Below, piece by piece: positions 8,959-18,626 of a DNA stretch of 64,000 nucleotides (position 1 is its first letter; each line of letters opens with the position of its first letter). The stretch spans positions 69,455 through 133,454 of the forward strand of contig PEAF01000001.1 in NCBI GenBank assembly GCA_002753465.1. The letters run 5' to 3'. Both the position numbers and the translations under genes were made by a program. The notes under the pieces are model-generated. The model had not been told where the DNA came from, searched no databases, and saw only the letters and a list, made by a program, of their open reading frames with translations. This stretch comes from Candidatus Omnitrophota bacterium. Its GTDB lineage: Bacteria > Omnitrophota > Gorgyraeia > Zapsychrales > Fredricksoniimonadaceae.

Positions 8959-10638
8959 TTAAAAGAATCTTGATCTCGACCGCCGGGATGCAACAAATGT
9001 TACATCATCTGCTTGATTGAAGGTGCATAAGCCTGTGATATCTTTATTCCACCCAGGTGTCACGGCAGAACATTCGACCTCTTTATATTCGTACTCATTC
9101 AATGTGTCGATGCGATTGAACCGTAAACTTTGCCTATCCGTACAATCATGTGCCACGCGATAAATATTTCCTTTAGATTCAAAGATCTTTCCGGCAGTCA
9201 CGGCATTTCTGATATCGGAGACGACAGGACTTTGAGGATGCTGTTTCCAGCTATTAGAGAATGGATCGTCAGCATAGAATAAAAACAACTCATCATGGGT
9301 CGGATATTCTTTATTCTCTGAAATATTGGCAAAAAGCCACCATTTCGCATGGTAATACAGTAAAGTTACCCCAATGGTATCAATATTTGTCATTAAGTTC
9401 TGATAAAATACCCATTCCCCAGGGAATTTTGTACATTTGTATACTTCAATCACCCCGTTAGAAGATGTCTCTGGGATCATATAATGATCATTTTTATGCT
9501 TGAAGATAAATGGACGCGCTAAATGGTAAGGTCGTTCCAGGATTGTGACCGGTTTTGTATAGTCCCCCGATTGGTTCATGATAATTAGAGCAATACGACC
9601 TGTCATACTTTTAAAAATGAATTCATCGATAAAAATATAATATTGGCTGTCTTTGAAAATGATATGAGGAGATCCCCAAGATCTATCTCGAGGAGGCATT
9701 ATATGCTTAAACACCAGGGATGAGGATGAGACAGATTGGTTTAAATTAAACGCGAGAAAGCTTTGCTCGATAAAAAGAATGCGGTTGAACCAATGACGCA
9801 CCCATCCTAATGCGAGTTGGATAAAGAATGCAAATGATTCGTAATTATTCGGCTTTTTATAAAGTGGTTGGGCTTTAAGATCCGCGTGATCATTTTCGCG
9901 GAGAACGCGTTCCAGGAATTTCTCCGCCCCGTCCCTATGCAATTCTTTCAACTTCCTGGGAATAAAAGAAAGGGCCTTCCAGTAACATTGGTTGCGGTTT
10001 CTTTTTACGGATAGAAAGTCTGTGGCTGAGAAGGACCTGTAAAGCACCTGCCCGTTGTCCAGGTCTTCCGTGAGTATTTGCAAAATTGTCCCTGTGACAG
10101 GGAGTTTTTTAAAGATCTCCCAGAATCCTACCGGGCGCCCCCTGTTCACGCGGTTATCCGCATGATGGTATGACCAAATGCCGAATTTAGCAGAATTTAA
10201 GACGCTGCCTTTTAATATCCTGAACCCCAACCGGATAAGGACATCTACCTCGTGATCTTTAATCCTAGCAACATCAGCATCAAGAAATGTATCGGTATAT
10301 TTTGTTTGATGTGGAGTAACTGTTATAACAGGGGCACCGTTCAGAAGAGGCTTTGCATCCTTTGGGGTAAGACCATCAGGCAGATGGCTGAATAATTTTT
10401 CTTCAAGCTTACAGTAGGCAATAAAAAGAACATGTTCCCAATTATCCAGAAGTTCGGGGAAAAAGCTCTTTTTCACCTTTGGCTTGGCGTTTAAGACGAC
10501 CAAACAGATCTGGGCATAATCCGAAGTTTGCAACTTTGATAACATCGCATGCGCCCAACTGGGCACCGCGAAAGAATCGATCAAAAGACCTACCCGTAAT
10601 TTTGCCCCTGAAGAGATCATTTCCATACAAGCGTTCAA
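8959..10638 (-). CDS. Two-domain protein: N-terminal formyltransferase-like fold plus a C-terminal beta-rich domain of unknown function
   Basis: The N-terminal half has DVLIRLGFRILKG...WSYHHADNRVNRGRPVGFWE...LTEDLDNGQVL, resembling the His/Asp formyltransferase core. The C-terminal half (PHIIFKDSQYYIFIDE...HYMIPETSSNG...GNIYRVAHDC) looks like a beta-propeller or GH43-like fold. This is a family call by eye only. Confidence 0.45.
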   Translation of the reverse strand: MNACMEMISSGAKLRVGLLIDSFAVPSWAHAMLSKLQTSDYAQICLVVLNAKPKVKKSFFPELLDNWEHVLFIAYCKLEEKLFSHLPDGLTPKDAKPLLNGAPVITVTPHQTKYTDTFLDADVARIKDHEVDVLIRLGFRILKGSVLNSAKFGIWSYHHADNRVNRGRPVGFWEIFKKLPVTGTILQILTEDLDNGQVLYRSFSATDFLSVKRNRNQCYWKALSFIPRKLKELHRDGAEKFLERVLRENDHADLKAQPLYKKPNNYESFAFFIQLALGWVRHWFNRILFIEQSFLAFNLNQSVSSSSLVFKHIMPPRDRSWGSPHIIFKDSQYYIFIDEFIFKSMTGRIALIIMNQSGDYTKPVTILERPYHLARPFIFKHKNDHYMIPETSSNGVIEVYKCTKFPGEWVFYQNLMTNIDTIGVTLLYYHAKWWLFANISENKEYPTHDELFLFYADDPFSNSWKQHPQSPVVSDIRNAVTAGKIFESKGNIYRVAHDCTDRQSLRFNRIDTLNEYEYKEVECSAVTPGWNKDITGLCTFNQADDVTFVASRRSRSRFF

Positions 10639-10680
10639 CCCTGGTCATTGCGTGGCTTTTTGTGAAGGCTTCAGGAACGG

Positions 10681-11721
10681 CTAGTTGCCGCGACCCATAG
10701 GCTTTACGAAAGCATCCTTAAGCACATGCCCCTCATGGGCATGTGTCTTTAATTTCAACAATTGCACCACAGTGGCAAAAATATCAACATGATACATGCT
10801 GCGGTCAATGGTCACGCCTTTCTTGACGTCCGGCCCGAACATGTACAGCCACACATGCGAAGGATCATCATAGGCGTTCGTACTATGCTGCGCATAATAC
10901 GGATTCCTTTCGTGGTCCGGTGAAACAAAGAGATACGTGCGGTCCTTATAATAAGGATCGCTCTGAATCATTTGCCATATCTCATAAATATTCTGATCAC
11001 ATTTCTTCAGCGCTAAGACATAACTCGAGAACGTATCCGTGTGCGCAACCTCGACATCATACATAATGCTGTGAACGAACTTCGGCTTTGATGCCTTCAT
11101 GACCTTCTTGAACATGTCATACTGGATACGCCCGCCGCTAGCCCAGGAGATCCAGCTCAAATGATAATGGTTGCGAAGAATCTGCCACGTACGAATAAAA
11201 TCCCAGTCCTTGTCATCAAACAGGTTCTGCAGCTCAGGTGAAAGCCTGAACTCGTAGCCATGTATCCGGTCAGGCAAAGTATCCTGGCCCCATCCTTTGC
11301 CCGTATAAAAGAACTTGTCCTCATCACCTGAACCGCTGACCCAAACTTTGGAAGCGGGCCAATGAAATTGTTTCCTCAAATACTGGTAAACTGTCGGAAA
11401 TCGCAATGGGACGTCCAAATACTGCGTCCGGCCCGTGATAATGGCACAGATCGCCGGAGCATGAAATTCAAGGTTCTTCGCGACAAGGTCCGTATAGACA
11501 ACACCCTCCCGGGACATTTCGCCGAAGAGGTGCGGCATATACTGATGTGTCGGATCACCCACCGAATCGATGTTGCGGACCCCGGCCAGCGTGATGATGA
11601 TGATATTAGGAGAATCCTCCATCGATACCGGCGCGGACCATGCCGACCGGCTCAATGACAAAAGCAAGAAACCTGCCATTAAAACTGAACACCAGCGTTT
11701 GTTTGACATATGCCAGATCAC
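10681..11721 (-). CDS. Secreted alkaline-phosphatase-superfamily-like protein with atypical active-site positions
   Basis: Signal peptide (FLLLSLSRSAWSAP). NIIIITLAGVRN, HAPAICAIITGR, VSPDHERN and HVDIFATVVQLLKL mirror AP/NPP/sulfatase fold landmarks, but the usual Asp (DG) and the C/S-x-P/A-x-R nucleophile motif are absent. The GTG start at 11721 overlaps the upstream stop; an alternative ATG lies at 11709. Confidence 0.4.
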   Translation of the reverse strand: MIWHMSNKRWCSVLMAGFLLLSLSRSAWSAPVSMEDSPNIIIITLAGVRNIDSVGDPTHQYMPHLFGEMSREGVVYTDLVAKNLEFHAPAICAIITGRTQYLDVPLRFPTVYQYLRKQFHWPASKVWVSGSGDEDKFFYTGKGWGQDTLPDRIHGYEFRLSPELQNLFDDKDWDFIRTWQILRNHYHLSWISWASGGRIQYDMFKKVMKASKPKFVHSIMYDVEVAHTDTFSSYVLALKKCDQNIYEIWQMIQSDPYYKDRTYLFVSPDHERNPYYAQHSTNAYDDPSHVWLYMFGPDVKKGVTIDRSMYHVDIFATVVQLLKLKTHAHEGHVLKDAFVKPMGRGN

Positions 11722-14700
11722 CTTACCCCTAATGTCCTTAACAATTTCCCATGCACAGTAAATTCAAGTGCGTCCTTTGATTCCCCGAGCACGACCCTTT
11801 CAAAGCCGTAGGAACGCACCGGCCAACTTGCCAATGTCGTGGGAAGATGCTCCACGTATTGAATACTGCCATCCTTCAAGTTCAATCCAATGAACCGGGT
11901 CTCCACATTGACCCGGCGGATCTTAGGCAGGTTTTCCTCCGTGATGGCCTGTTTATCGCTGGTCACTGACATCATGAAATACATTGTGCCAGCCCTTTGC
12001 ACGTATTCAGAAAGGTTCCAAAAGAACCCGCCGAATTTCTTGATGTGCGCTGACCACCTTTTCTTGCCGGTCTTCATGTCCAGCGCCGTCAGAACGTATT
12101 GCCCGCCGACCATTTCGGGGGTGATCACCATATCATTGACCGTGTAAAGGAAATGGCAGCCCTTGGCTGGATAGGGGAAGTACGCCCGTCTCTTGGAATC
12201 ATCGAGTGCGTGACACCAGACCCTGACCATTTGCCCCTCCTTCATGACATACGCCTCCATTATCTTGAAAGGCTGCACGTCAAAAAGAAGATTTCCTGAC
12301 GTCTCGAACCTGTGCCGCCCTTCCTCAAGGTGTTTCTGGGCCGCCAAGACCCCTTTTTGCGGGTCAACGATATAAATGTCCGAATCAAAACGCAGGATGA
12401 GGTCCTTGCCCCAAAAATATAACTGCGGATGCGTCTGGTCGTTCTTGGAAAAATCAAGAGGAATCTCTTTGTCGATGGTCAGGTCCTCGTTCAGGACAAT
12501 GATCTTTTTTTTATCAAGGGTCAACAAAATGATCTGCCCGTTAAAAAGTGCCGCCTCGACAAATCCACCCCTTTTAAGCTCAATGGCCTTCTGGCAAAAC
12601 CCGCTTTTGATATCCAGGATCGAGAGCCGGTCCCTGTGCACCAGATAAATCTTATCACCCTTGATCATGGTCTGGTACATGGCTTTTTTAACAAACTGAG
12701 GCTGAATGCCATAGGTAGTAAAAAGCGGGGACATGTCCATAAGATAATTCTCCAGCGGAATATCCTCGTTCTCGTTCGTGGCGCTCCAAAGGTATTTTCC
12801 ATCACTGGCCCTCATTGCCACCACATTCACATGGTCATTGACGATGACCGTGTCTCCGGCCAGATACGCGTTCAGGTCATCGGCCATCAATCGCTTTTTG
12901 GTCAGGTCCCAATTATACTTGAACACCACATCCCGTGGCTCGGCACCTGGGCGATAGAACATCTTGCGCTGCCACAGGATCTTTCCTGACTCCTGCACAC
13001 AAAAAAGCTGATCATAGTTCCACACCAGAAAATACGGTGGTTGGGGCGTATCACCCACCCGGATCATCGGTAAAAGGTAAAGATAATTCCCAATAACTTT
13101 CAGGCTTTCGTTAGACGGTAAAACGGCCTGCGTTGCCACGGGCACCATCTCCTCCGGCAGCTTGATCAACCCATAGCCTGCCAGGAACCGGTCAAAGCGG
13201 ATCTTAATGCCAAGGTAATCAATGAACTTTTCCCCAAAGCGGTCCTTGAATATCTTCAGCAAATCGTTCCAGGACGGTTCCTTGAGCGCCCGCACATTCT
13301 TAATGATGATCGACGTTAAAGATTGCGGTGCGATATCAACGGTGGCTGCTGATCTCAAAAGTCCCGGGTGCACAGTTTCCACTTGGGCGCTTAACGATCC
13401 CGAAGCCAGTGCTTTGGAGAGGCCGTCCAGGAATTCACTGGCGGCATCGATTTTTTTCTCCACCCTGACGTTCACTCCGGCATTGACCGTAACTGTCTTT
13501 AGATAGTCCAGAGCTCTCAACCGCTGGTCCTTGCCGACGAACAGAAGGCCTCCCTCTGACGGCAACAGCCATCCGGGCACATCACAAGGGAATGCCCTAT
13601 GCACATCATGCCCATCCACATAACTCAAGAAATGCACCTGCGTGCCAAGCTTGAACACCATGGAGCGGTCATCTAAATAATCCACCCCGTCCAATACGCC
13701 CGGGGGTATGTCCTTGGCGAAAAGTTCGGCTCCGTTTTTAAGGTCCATGACGACGATGGCGGTCTTTTTGTCGTCACGGCTGTTTTTATTCACAAAGAAG
13801 GCCCGCCCATCCCTTGCACGCAACAGATAATATTTCTTGGTATCGATCAAAACCCTTTTTTTCTCCTCACCGCTCACCGGGTCTAATAAATACAAATAAT
13901 CAGATTCCCTGGGTTTGTAATACAACAAACCGTCATGGCCCAACTCGAGGGCCTGCGTGTCATACGGAACATTCGGAGCGTTAAAATACCCGACTCTGTG
14001 CATGTTCAATATGTAATAACTGACGCTGTACTTCTTCGGGATATACTTCTTGATCCAGGCGACCCGCCCCGTTTTGGCATCGATCTTCAGGAGGATCCCG
14101 TGGTTCGTGGCCAAATAGGCCTTCCCGCCCTCTAGCAAGGTTAATGAACTGGCAGCTGAGAGGAACGACGTGATCCCAATATAATCACTCCAGACCAGAT
14201 CACCGGTCTTTGTATCAAAACCACTGGCCCAAAGCTCCATCCGGGCATTGACCAAAATGACCACAACCACGCCTTCTGAGACTACCGGCCGCATCGCCAG
14301 GGCATATTCTCCCAGCCCTTTGGTCCAAACGATCCGGGGGGCGGTAACATCCTTAACATCGACGGCTACCAGATCATGGTTCAACTGTGCATACATGCCC
14401 CCGTCCTTCAAAAGGATGCCGTAACCGAACGGTCGCGTATCAGGTTCAGGCAAGGTCTGATAATATTCCTGCCCATTGCTGTCCCTGCCCGTCAGCGACC
14501 ACAACTCCTTGCCTGTCTTCAGGTCCTGACAAAATAAACGGTACAGGTTCCTGACAATGACCGTGCCTTGATAGACGACTGGTTCATACACGCTTTCGGG
14601 AAATTTCTTCCGGAACTGCCTCAAAGCCTGCGGAAAATGGTTGATGTGATCACTGGGGATTCTCACCTGCCAGCGCTCTTTCAAATCATCCGCCAACCCG

Positions 14701-15317
14701 TCCAACGACAATGCCGGGGCCTCCGGTCGGACGACCACAGACGGTTCTGCACTCTTTAACCCCTCAGCTGACCACAAGGACTCATTCCTCTGGACCCAGT
14801 CGTTCTTATGGGCGGTCAGCCGTAAATTATCAAAATAGAATTGTTCCGCCTCAGGGTCCAGTGCCTGGATCTGATGCTTGTTGGCATCCTCAGGATAAAA
14901 TGGAAAATGTGTTGCGGGAGGCGTATTATCTAAGTAGGTTTCCTCCACAGCGCAAAAAATCTCCTCGATCTGTTTTTTGCGTAATATTTTCTTGAGTGGA
15001 TCTTCCAGCAGCAAGGGGACATTGTTTTCCTTGGCATGCCCTAAGAGGTCCGACAGTTCATCATAAGGTGTATTTAATAACTTTTCTCTGGCATTAAAAT
15101 AGTCTAACAAGGTGCCATTCATCATCTGATGGCCTAAAGAAATAATTTCTCCAGGATCAACCGTAGAAAGGTCAGGTAATGTATTATTAGCGGGGTCAGC
15201 ACAAAATACTGGCAATGGGCAAAATAACAAAAGTGCACAAGTTGTGTAGATAAACCTGTGGCGTAAAATAGTTAATTTTAAGTATTTGAATAAATTAAGT
15301 TTCACTAATGACCGCAT
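11718..15317 (-). CDS. Large secreted PQQ-like (BamB-like) beta-propeller repeat protein, 1199 aa
   Basis: Hydrophobic N-terminal signal (ALLLFCPLPVFCADP). Blade signatures recur: TGKELWSL, TGDLVWSD, TGRVAWIKKY, SGKILWQRK, DGKYLWSA, TGKKRWSA. Confidence 0.7.
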   Translation of the reverse strand: MRSLVKLNLFKYLKLTILRHRFIYTTCALLLFCPLPVFCADPANNTLPDLSTVDPGEIISLGHQMMNGTLLDYFNAREKLLNTPYDELSDLLGHAKENNVPLLLEDPLKKILRKKQIEEIFCAVEETYLDNTPPATHFPFYPEDANKHQIQALDPEAEQFYFDNLRLTAHKNDWVQRNESLWSAEGLKSAEPSVVVRPEAPALSLDGLADDLKERWQVRIPSDHINHFPQALRQFRKKFPESVYEPVVYQGTVIVRNLYRLFCQDLKTGKELWSLTGRDSNGQEYYQTLPEPDTRPFGYGILLKDGGMYAQLNHDLVAVDVKDVTAPRIVWTKGLGEYALAMRPVVSEGVVVVILVNARMELWASGFDTKTGDLVWSDYIGITSFLSAASSLTLLEGGKAYLATNHGILLKIDAKTGRVAWIKKYIPKKYSVSYYILNMHRVGYFNAPNVPYDTQALELGHDGLLYYKPRESDYLYLLDPVSGEEKKRVLIDTKKYYLLRARDGRAFFVNKNSRDDKKTAIVVMDLKNGAELFAKDIPPGVLDGVDYLDDRSMVFKLGTQVHFLSYVDGHDVHRAFPCDVPGWLLPSEGGLLFVGKDQRLRALDYLKTVTVNAGVNVRVEKKIDAASEFLDGLSKALASGSLSAQVETVHPGLLRSAATVDIAPQSLTSIIIKNVRALKEPSWNDLLKIFKDRFGEKFIDYLGIKIRFDRFLAGYGLIKLPEEMVPVATQAVLPSNESLKVIGNYLYLLPMIRVGDTPQPPYFLVWNYDQLFCVQESGKILWQRKMFYRPGAEPRDVVFKYNWDLTKKRLMADDLNAYLAGDTVIVNDHVNVVAMRASDGKYLWSATNENEDIPLENYLMDMSPLFTTYGIQPQFVKKAMYQTMIKGDKIYLVHRDRLSILDIKSGFCQKAIELKRGGFVEAALFNGQIILLTLDKKKIIVLNEDLTIDKEIPLDFSKNDQTHPQLYFWGKDLILRFDSDIYIVDPQKGVLAAQKHLEEGRHRFETSGNLLFDVQPFKIMEAYVMKEGQMVRVWCHALDDSKRRAYFPYPAKGCHFLYTVNDMVITPEMVGGQYVLTALDMKTGKKRWSAHIKKFGGFFWNLSEYVQRAGTMYFMMSVTSDKQAITEENLPKIRRVNVETRFIGLNLKDGSIQYVEHLPTTLASWPVRSYGFERVVLGESKDALEFTVHGKLLRTLGVR

Positions 15318-15447
15318 AAGTCCCTCAACGTGAAGAAAGGAAAAACGAAATTTTTATATTTATAATATTAACTTAAAAATATAACAAAAATTAAAAATTA
15401 ATTATATTATTAACTATAAAATTTTTATTAACTTCAAAGTAAAAATC
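15318..15447. promoter_or_regulatory. Very AT-rich divergent promoter region with a thrice-repeated TATTAACT octamer
   Basis: A 130-nt gap between divergent genes. TATTAACT occurs at 15366, 15408 and 15426. The last roughly 30 nt (AAAATTTTTATTAACTTCAAAGTAA) are conserved upstream of the paralog at 18583-18612. There is no SD before the ATG at 15448. Confidence 0.4.
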
Positions 15448-16815
15448 ATGCTCGACCTGATCCTTATTAATGATTGTTATCGGCCAAACATCCCGTATTC
15501 TTTCGGAAAAATATATTTGTCTGATTTCTTAACTCGAAATGGATGGCGTGTTCGACTAATACAGCCTTGGGAGGTTTCGAAACTAGGCAGCAACCCAACC
15601 CGCTTTTTTGGTGTAGGCTCATGGAGTTTGGAATTTCATCATGTGGTTGCCACCGCAACGTCGTTAAAACAACGGTATCCTGGGATTCCTATCATTTGCG
15701 GCGGTGGGCATGTTACTGTTTGTCCTTTTGACCTCCAGGAACATGCCATGATCTTTGACTACTGGGTTTTAGGTGAAGGTGAAGTGGCTGTCCATGAGAT
15801 ACTTCAAGGACAGCATAAAACACGAGTGCCTATCATACGACCCGTGCCTCAAAAGGATCTGCTCCCGCCTAATACCGCTCACAATCCGGTATCCAATGGT
15901 TCGTATACCAGCATTGCATCCCGTGGATGTCCCCATATTTGCACATTTTGCAATACACATAAAATGTTTGGCCATAACGTGCGCAGCATCGCCTTAGATA
16001 AATATCTGCAGCACTTGAGGGACCTTTTAAACCAGGGAATGGTGACGCTTAGCTTCAGGGATAGCAGTTTCCTCAATGATATTGATTGGGCTACTGGCTT
16101 TTGCGCGGCCGTTCTTAAAGAAAAGCTTCAGTTCAACTGGCTTATGAATTGCTGTGCAGAACAGTTAACTGAAGAAAGAGTATTAATGATGAAAAGAGCC
16201 GGATGCATAGGGGTTACGATCGGTGTTGAATCAGGCGCCCCGTCGATCCTGAAAATGATGAAGAAAGCTGCCGGGCTTAATGAAATGAAGAGAGGCATCA
16301 GTTTGTGCAAAAAGTATAATATCCATACGCATCTTAACCTTATGTACGGCGTTCTCGGCGAAACGCGTGAAACCATGGCTGCCACGCGGGAGTTCTATCA
16401 GCAAACAAAACCTGATTCGAAAACACTGGCCTTGTATGAGCCGTTTCCCGGAACGGCAATGTTTGAAGAGGCGGAACAGAAGAAATTCTTAAGCCCTTAC
16501 AATTGGGGTAAAGGACAGCCAGCTAAATTATTGTTTACGGGATCTATGGCCAGAGATGAAGTGATCAGAGAAGCTGACCGGCTTTGGAGCACCGGCCCCT
16601 TTCATCAGTATCTCCGCGTCGCCAAGCTTGAAAATAAGCTGATCTTTCTGCCGAGCGTATTTATACGTGTCATTTTGTTAAGGCTTCTTACCTGGCGCTT
16701 CCCTTTAACAATTCTGTCAAATCATCCGGCTTTTGAACCTTTGAAAAGGACATGGGATAATTACAGGATTGATCTGATCGGCCGTATACAACTTTATTTA
16801 TATCTCTCCGCGTAA
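15448..16815 (+). CDS. B12-binding-domain radical SAM enzyme (class B type), paralog A
   Basis: SFGKIYLSDFLTRNGWRVRLIQ is the B12-type N-domain and SRGCPHICTFCNT the radical SAM motif. The C-terminal segment is hydrophobic (LIFLPSVFIRVILLRLLTW). Clear paralog of 18627-20003. Confidence 0.85.
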   Translation: MLDLILINDCYRPNIPYSFGKIYLSDFLTRNGWRVRLIQPWEVSKLGSNPTRFFGVGSWSLEFHHVVATATSLKQRYPGIPIICGGGHVTVCPFDLQEHAMIFDYWVLGEGEVAVHEILQGQHKTRVPIIRPVPQKDLLPPNTAHNPVSNGSYTSIASRGCPHICTFCNTHKMFGHNVRSIALDKYLQHLRDLLNQGMVTLSFRDSSFLNDIDWATGFCAAVLKEKLQFNWLMNCCAEQLTEERVLMMKRAGCIGVTIGVESGAPSILKMMKKAAGLNEMKRGISLCKKYNIHTHLNLMYGVLGETRETMAATREFYQQTKPDSKTLALYEPFPGTAMFEEAEQKKFLSPYNWGKGQPAKLLFTGSMARDEVIREADRLWSTGPFHQYLRVAKLENKLIFLPSVFIRVILLRLLTWRFPLTILSNHPAFEPLKRTWDNYRIDLIGRIQLYLYLSA

Positions 16816-16861
16816 TCATTGTTGGTGAAATGCCTTGATCTGGGCAGGGATAAGTTTGTTG

Positions 16862-18502
16862 TTAATGGTATAAACTCTTTTTGTAATGCCCGATAAAAAC
16901 CCCGTCATGTTCAAGAGAATCTACCAGGACGTAATCCTTAGTGATAACTTCTTTGACTGCAAAGAAATTATTTCCAAAGAAATCATCATTTTCCCATGAC
17001 GATCCGACCAGCCAGAAACTTTCGGGATCCCACGTTGCTTTGCTGATTTTGATATGTCGATCAGGGTAGATCAATCCGTAAAGGGTTTGTTTATCATCGA
17101 ATTTTGTGTCAAATGACCAGCGCTGAAAATACTCCAGGTCAAAGGGTGACAGCAGTTCAGGATAAAACATAATAACGCGTTGTCCTGCGAGCATATTTTG
17201 GGCAGATAAAACTCTATAAAGAAATAACGATGCTTGTATATCCGTTACAACAACCTTTTCATCAGACCTTAGATTATCGGCAACGTGCTTCATCAAGGGC
17301 ATATATCGTTTGTGTTCATGTACCCCTGGATAAAAGTCACGTCCCCCCGTCACATGAAGGATGGTTCCCTGCTTGTAATTCAGCCAACCCAAGATAAGAA
17401 ATATTGCTAAAAAGGCAATAAGAAGTACCCGGCCCCACTTTTGCTGAAAGCTGATGATCCCGTATACCAGGATCATATAGAAGAATGGTGAGAAAATAAT
17501 AAGATGCCTGGCGATGAAAACTGGCGTAAAAAGTGTCGCAAGGCATAAAACGCTAAGTAAAGGAACCACGGTTAGAAGAGAAAGAATCGTGAATTTATGA
17601 CGATCATTGGTGTATAAAAAATGCATTCCCCGGAATAAAAGGCCCCAGCAAAGAAAGCCTCCCGCCCAGAGTTGCCAGGGTTGAGATAAATATCCTCCGA
17701 TAAAAATGCCTGGAAGTGATATGAAATCAGAAAAAGACGGTGAATGTAGCCAGAATTTGCCCTGGCTTAATGAGGAGATCTGTTGTGCGATCATAGGAAA
17801 TTGAATAATGCTAAGCAATGTTGCTATGACCACAAATGGCCAGAGTGCAGAAAAAGAAGCTTTTTTCCTATCGCAGATGTATTCAAGGAACAGGAAGATT
17901 ATAAACACAGAAAAATAAGAAAACATCACGGCAATAGCGCTGGTAATAAGAAATCCTAACAACCACATGCGATTATGGTGTTTTCTTAGACGAAGGTAGG
18001 CGTAAACAGCTAAAAGGAAGAAGAAGCAGAAAGCTGTAAATCCACGTGCCTGCTGAGCATACCAAATATGAAATGAACTGGCGGCCATGATCGCTACCGC
18101 ACCTAAACTTTCAGGTCTGCTCATGAATTTTCTAGTCACTCTGTAAAAGAGCCATAATGATGCGATTCCCCAGAAAACAGAAAGGGCGCGCAAAGCCATT
18201 TGATCCGGAAATAGCATGCTGAAACAATAGACAAATAAATAGTAAAGAAAAGAATGGTAATCAAAAGACAGTAACCGGATAAAATAGCCGGATAGCGTCG
18301 CCGGCAAATGAAATTCAGGGGCAATTGATCGGGAAAGATTAAAGTGTTCCAGTACTTCTTGATGGGTGTATTGAATTGTTGTGAGTTCATCAAACCAGAA
18401 ATCATAACGATCCAGCGCATGGACCCTGAGGATAAACCCGGCCAAAACGATCAACGTTAGAAGCCAGCAGTATAGTATTCGTCGTGACATCAAGTTATCC
18501 AT
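16862..18502 (-). CDS. GT-C fold membrane glycosyltransferase (PMT_2/ArnT-like), paralog A
   Basis: Multi-TM protein with the loop motif FWFDELTTIQYT and FHIWYAQQARGF, plus a C-terminal soluble domain. Paralog of 20008-21645. Confidence 0.7.
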   Translation of the reverse strand: MDNLMSRRILYCWLLTLIVLAGFILRVHALDRYDFWFDELTTIQYTHQEVLEHFNLSRSIAPEFHLPATLSGYFIRLLSFDYHSFLYYLFVYCFSMLFPDQMALRALSVFWGIASLWLFYRVTRKFMSRPESLGAVAIMAASSFHIWYAQQARGFTAFCFFFLLAVYAYLRLRKHHNRMWLLGFLITSAIAVMFSYFSVFIIFLFLEYICDRKKASFSALWPFVVIATLLSIIQFPMIAQQISSLSQGKFWLHSPSFSDFISLPGIFIGGYLSQPWQLWAGGFLCWGLLFRGMHFLYTNDRHKFTILSLLTVVPLLSVLCLATLFTPVFIARHLIIFSPFFYMILVYGIISFQQKWGRVLLIAFLAIFLILGWLNYKQGTILHVTGGRDFYPGVHEHKRYMPLMKHVADNLRSDEKVVVTDIQASLFLYRVLSAQNMLAGQRVIMFYPELLSPFDLEYFQRWSFDTKFDDKQTLYGLIYPDRHIKISKATWDPESFWLVGSSWENDDFFGNNFFAVKEVITKDYVLVDSLEHDGVFIGHYKKSLYH

Positions 18503-18626
18503 TTAATCATAGAGGATAAGATTAAGGGTTTCGACTTTCTTTGTGAAGGCTTGATTTTACTTCAAGTTATGATTTATGTTAATATATAAAAAATTTTTGA
18601 TAACTTAAAGTAACTTGATCTCACCC
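18503..18626. promoter_or_regulatory. Divergent promoter region of the second cassette copy
   Basis: An AT-rich gap that contains AAAATTTTTGATAACTTAAAGTAAC, matching the leader of the first copy. Confidence 0.35.

Noticed and set aside
6915-11721. Anaerobic sulfatase-maturating enzyme (SPASM rSAM) plus sulfatase pair.
   Set aside because: The AP-fold protein has no C/S-x-P/A-x-R formylglycine motif anywhere in its sequence, and the aligned nucleophile position is His. The two genes are also separated by two unrelated genes.
12429-12989. 186-aa plus-strand ORF, with several other 60-98 aa ORFs, inside the beta-propeller gene.
   Set aside because: It is antisense to a long, motif-rich ORF. 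The composition is low-complexity, it has no SD and I recognise no motifs.
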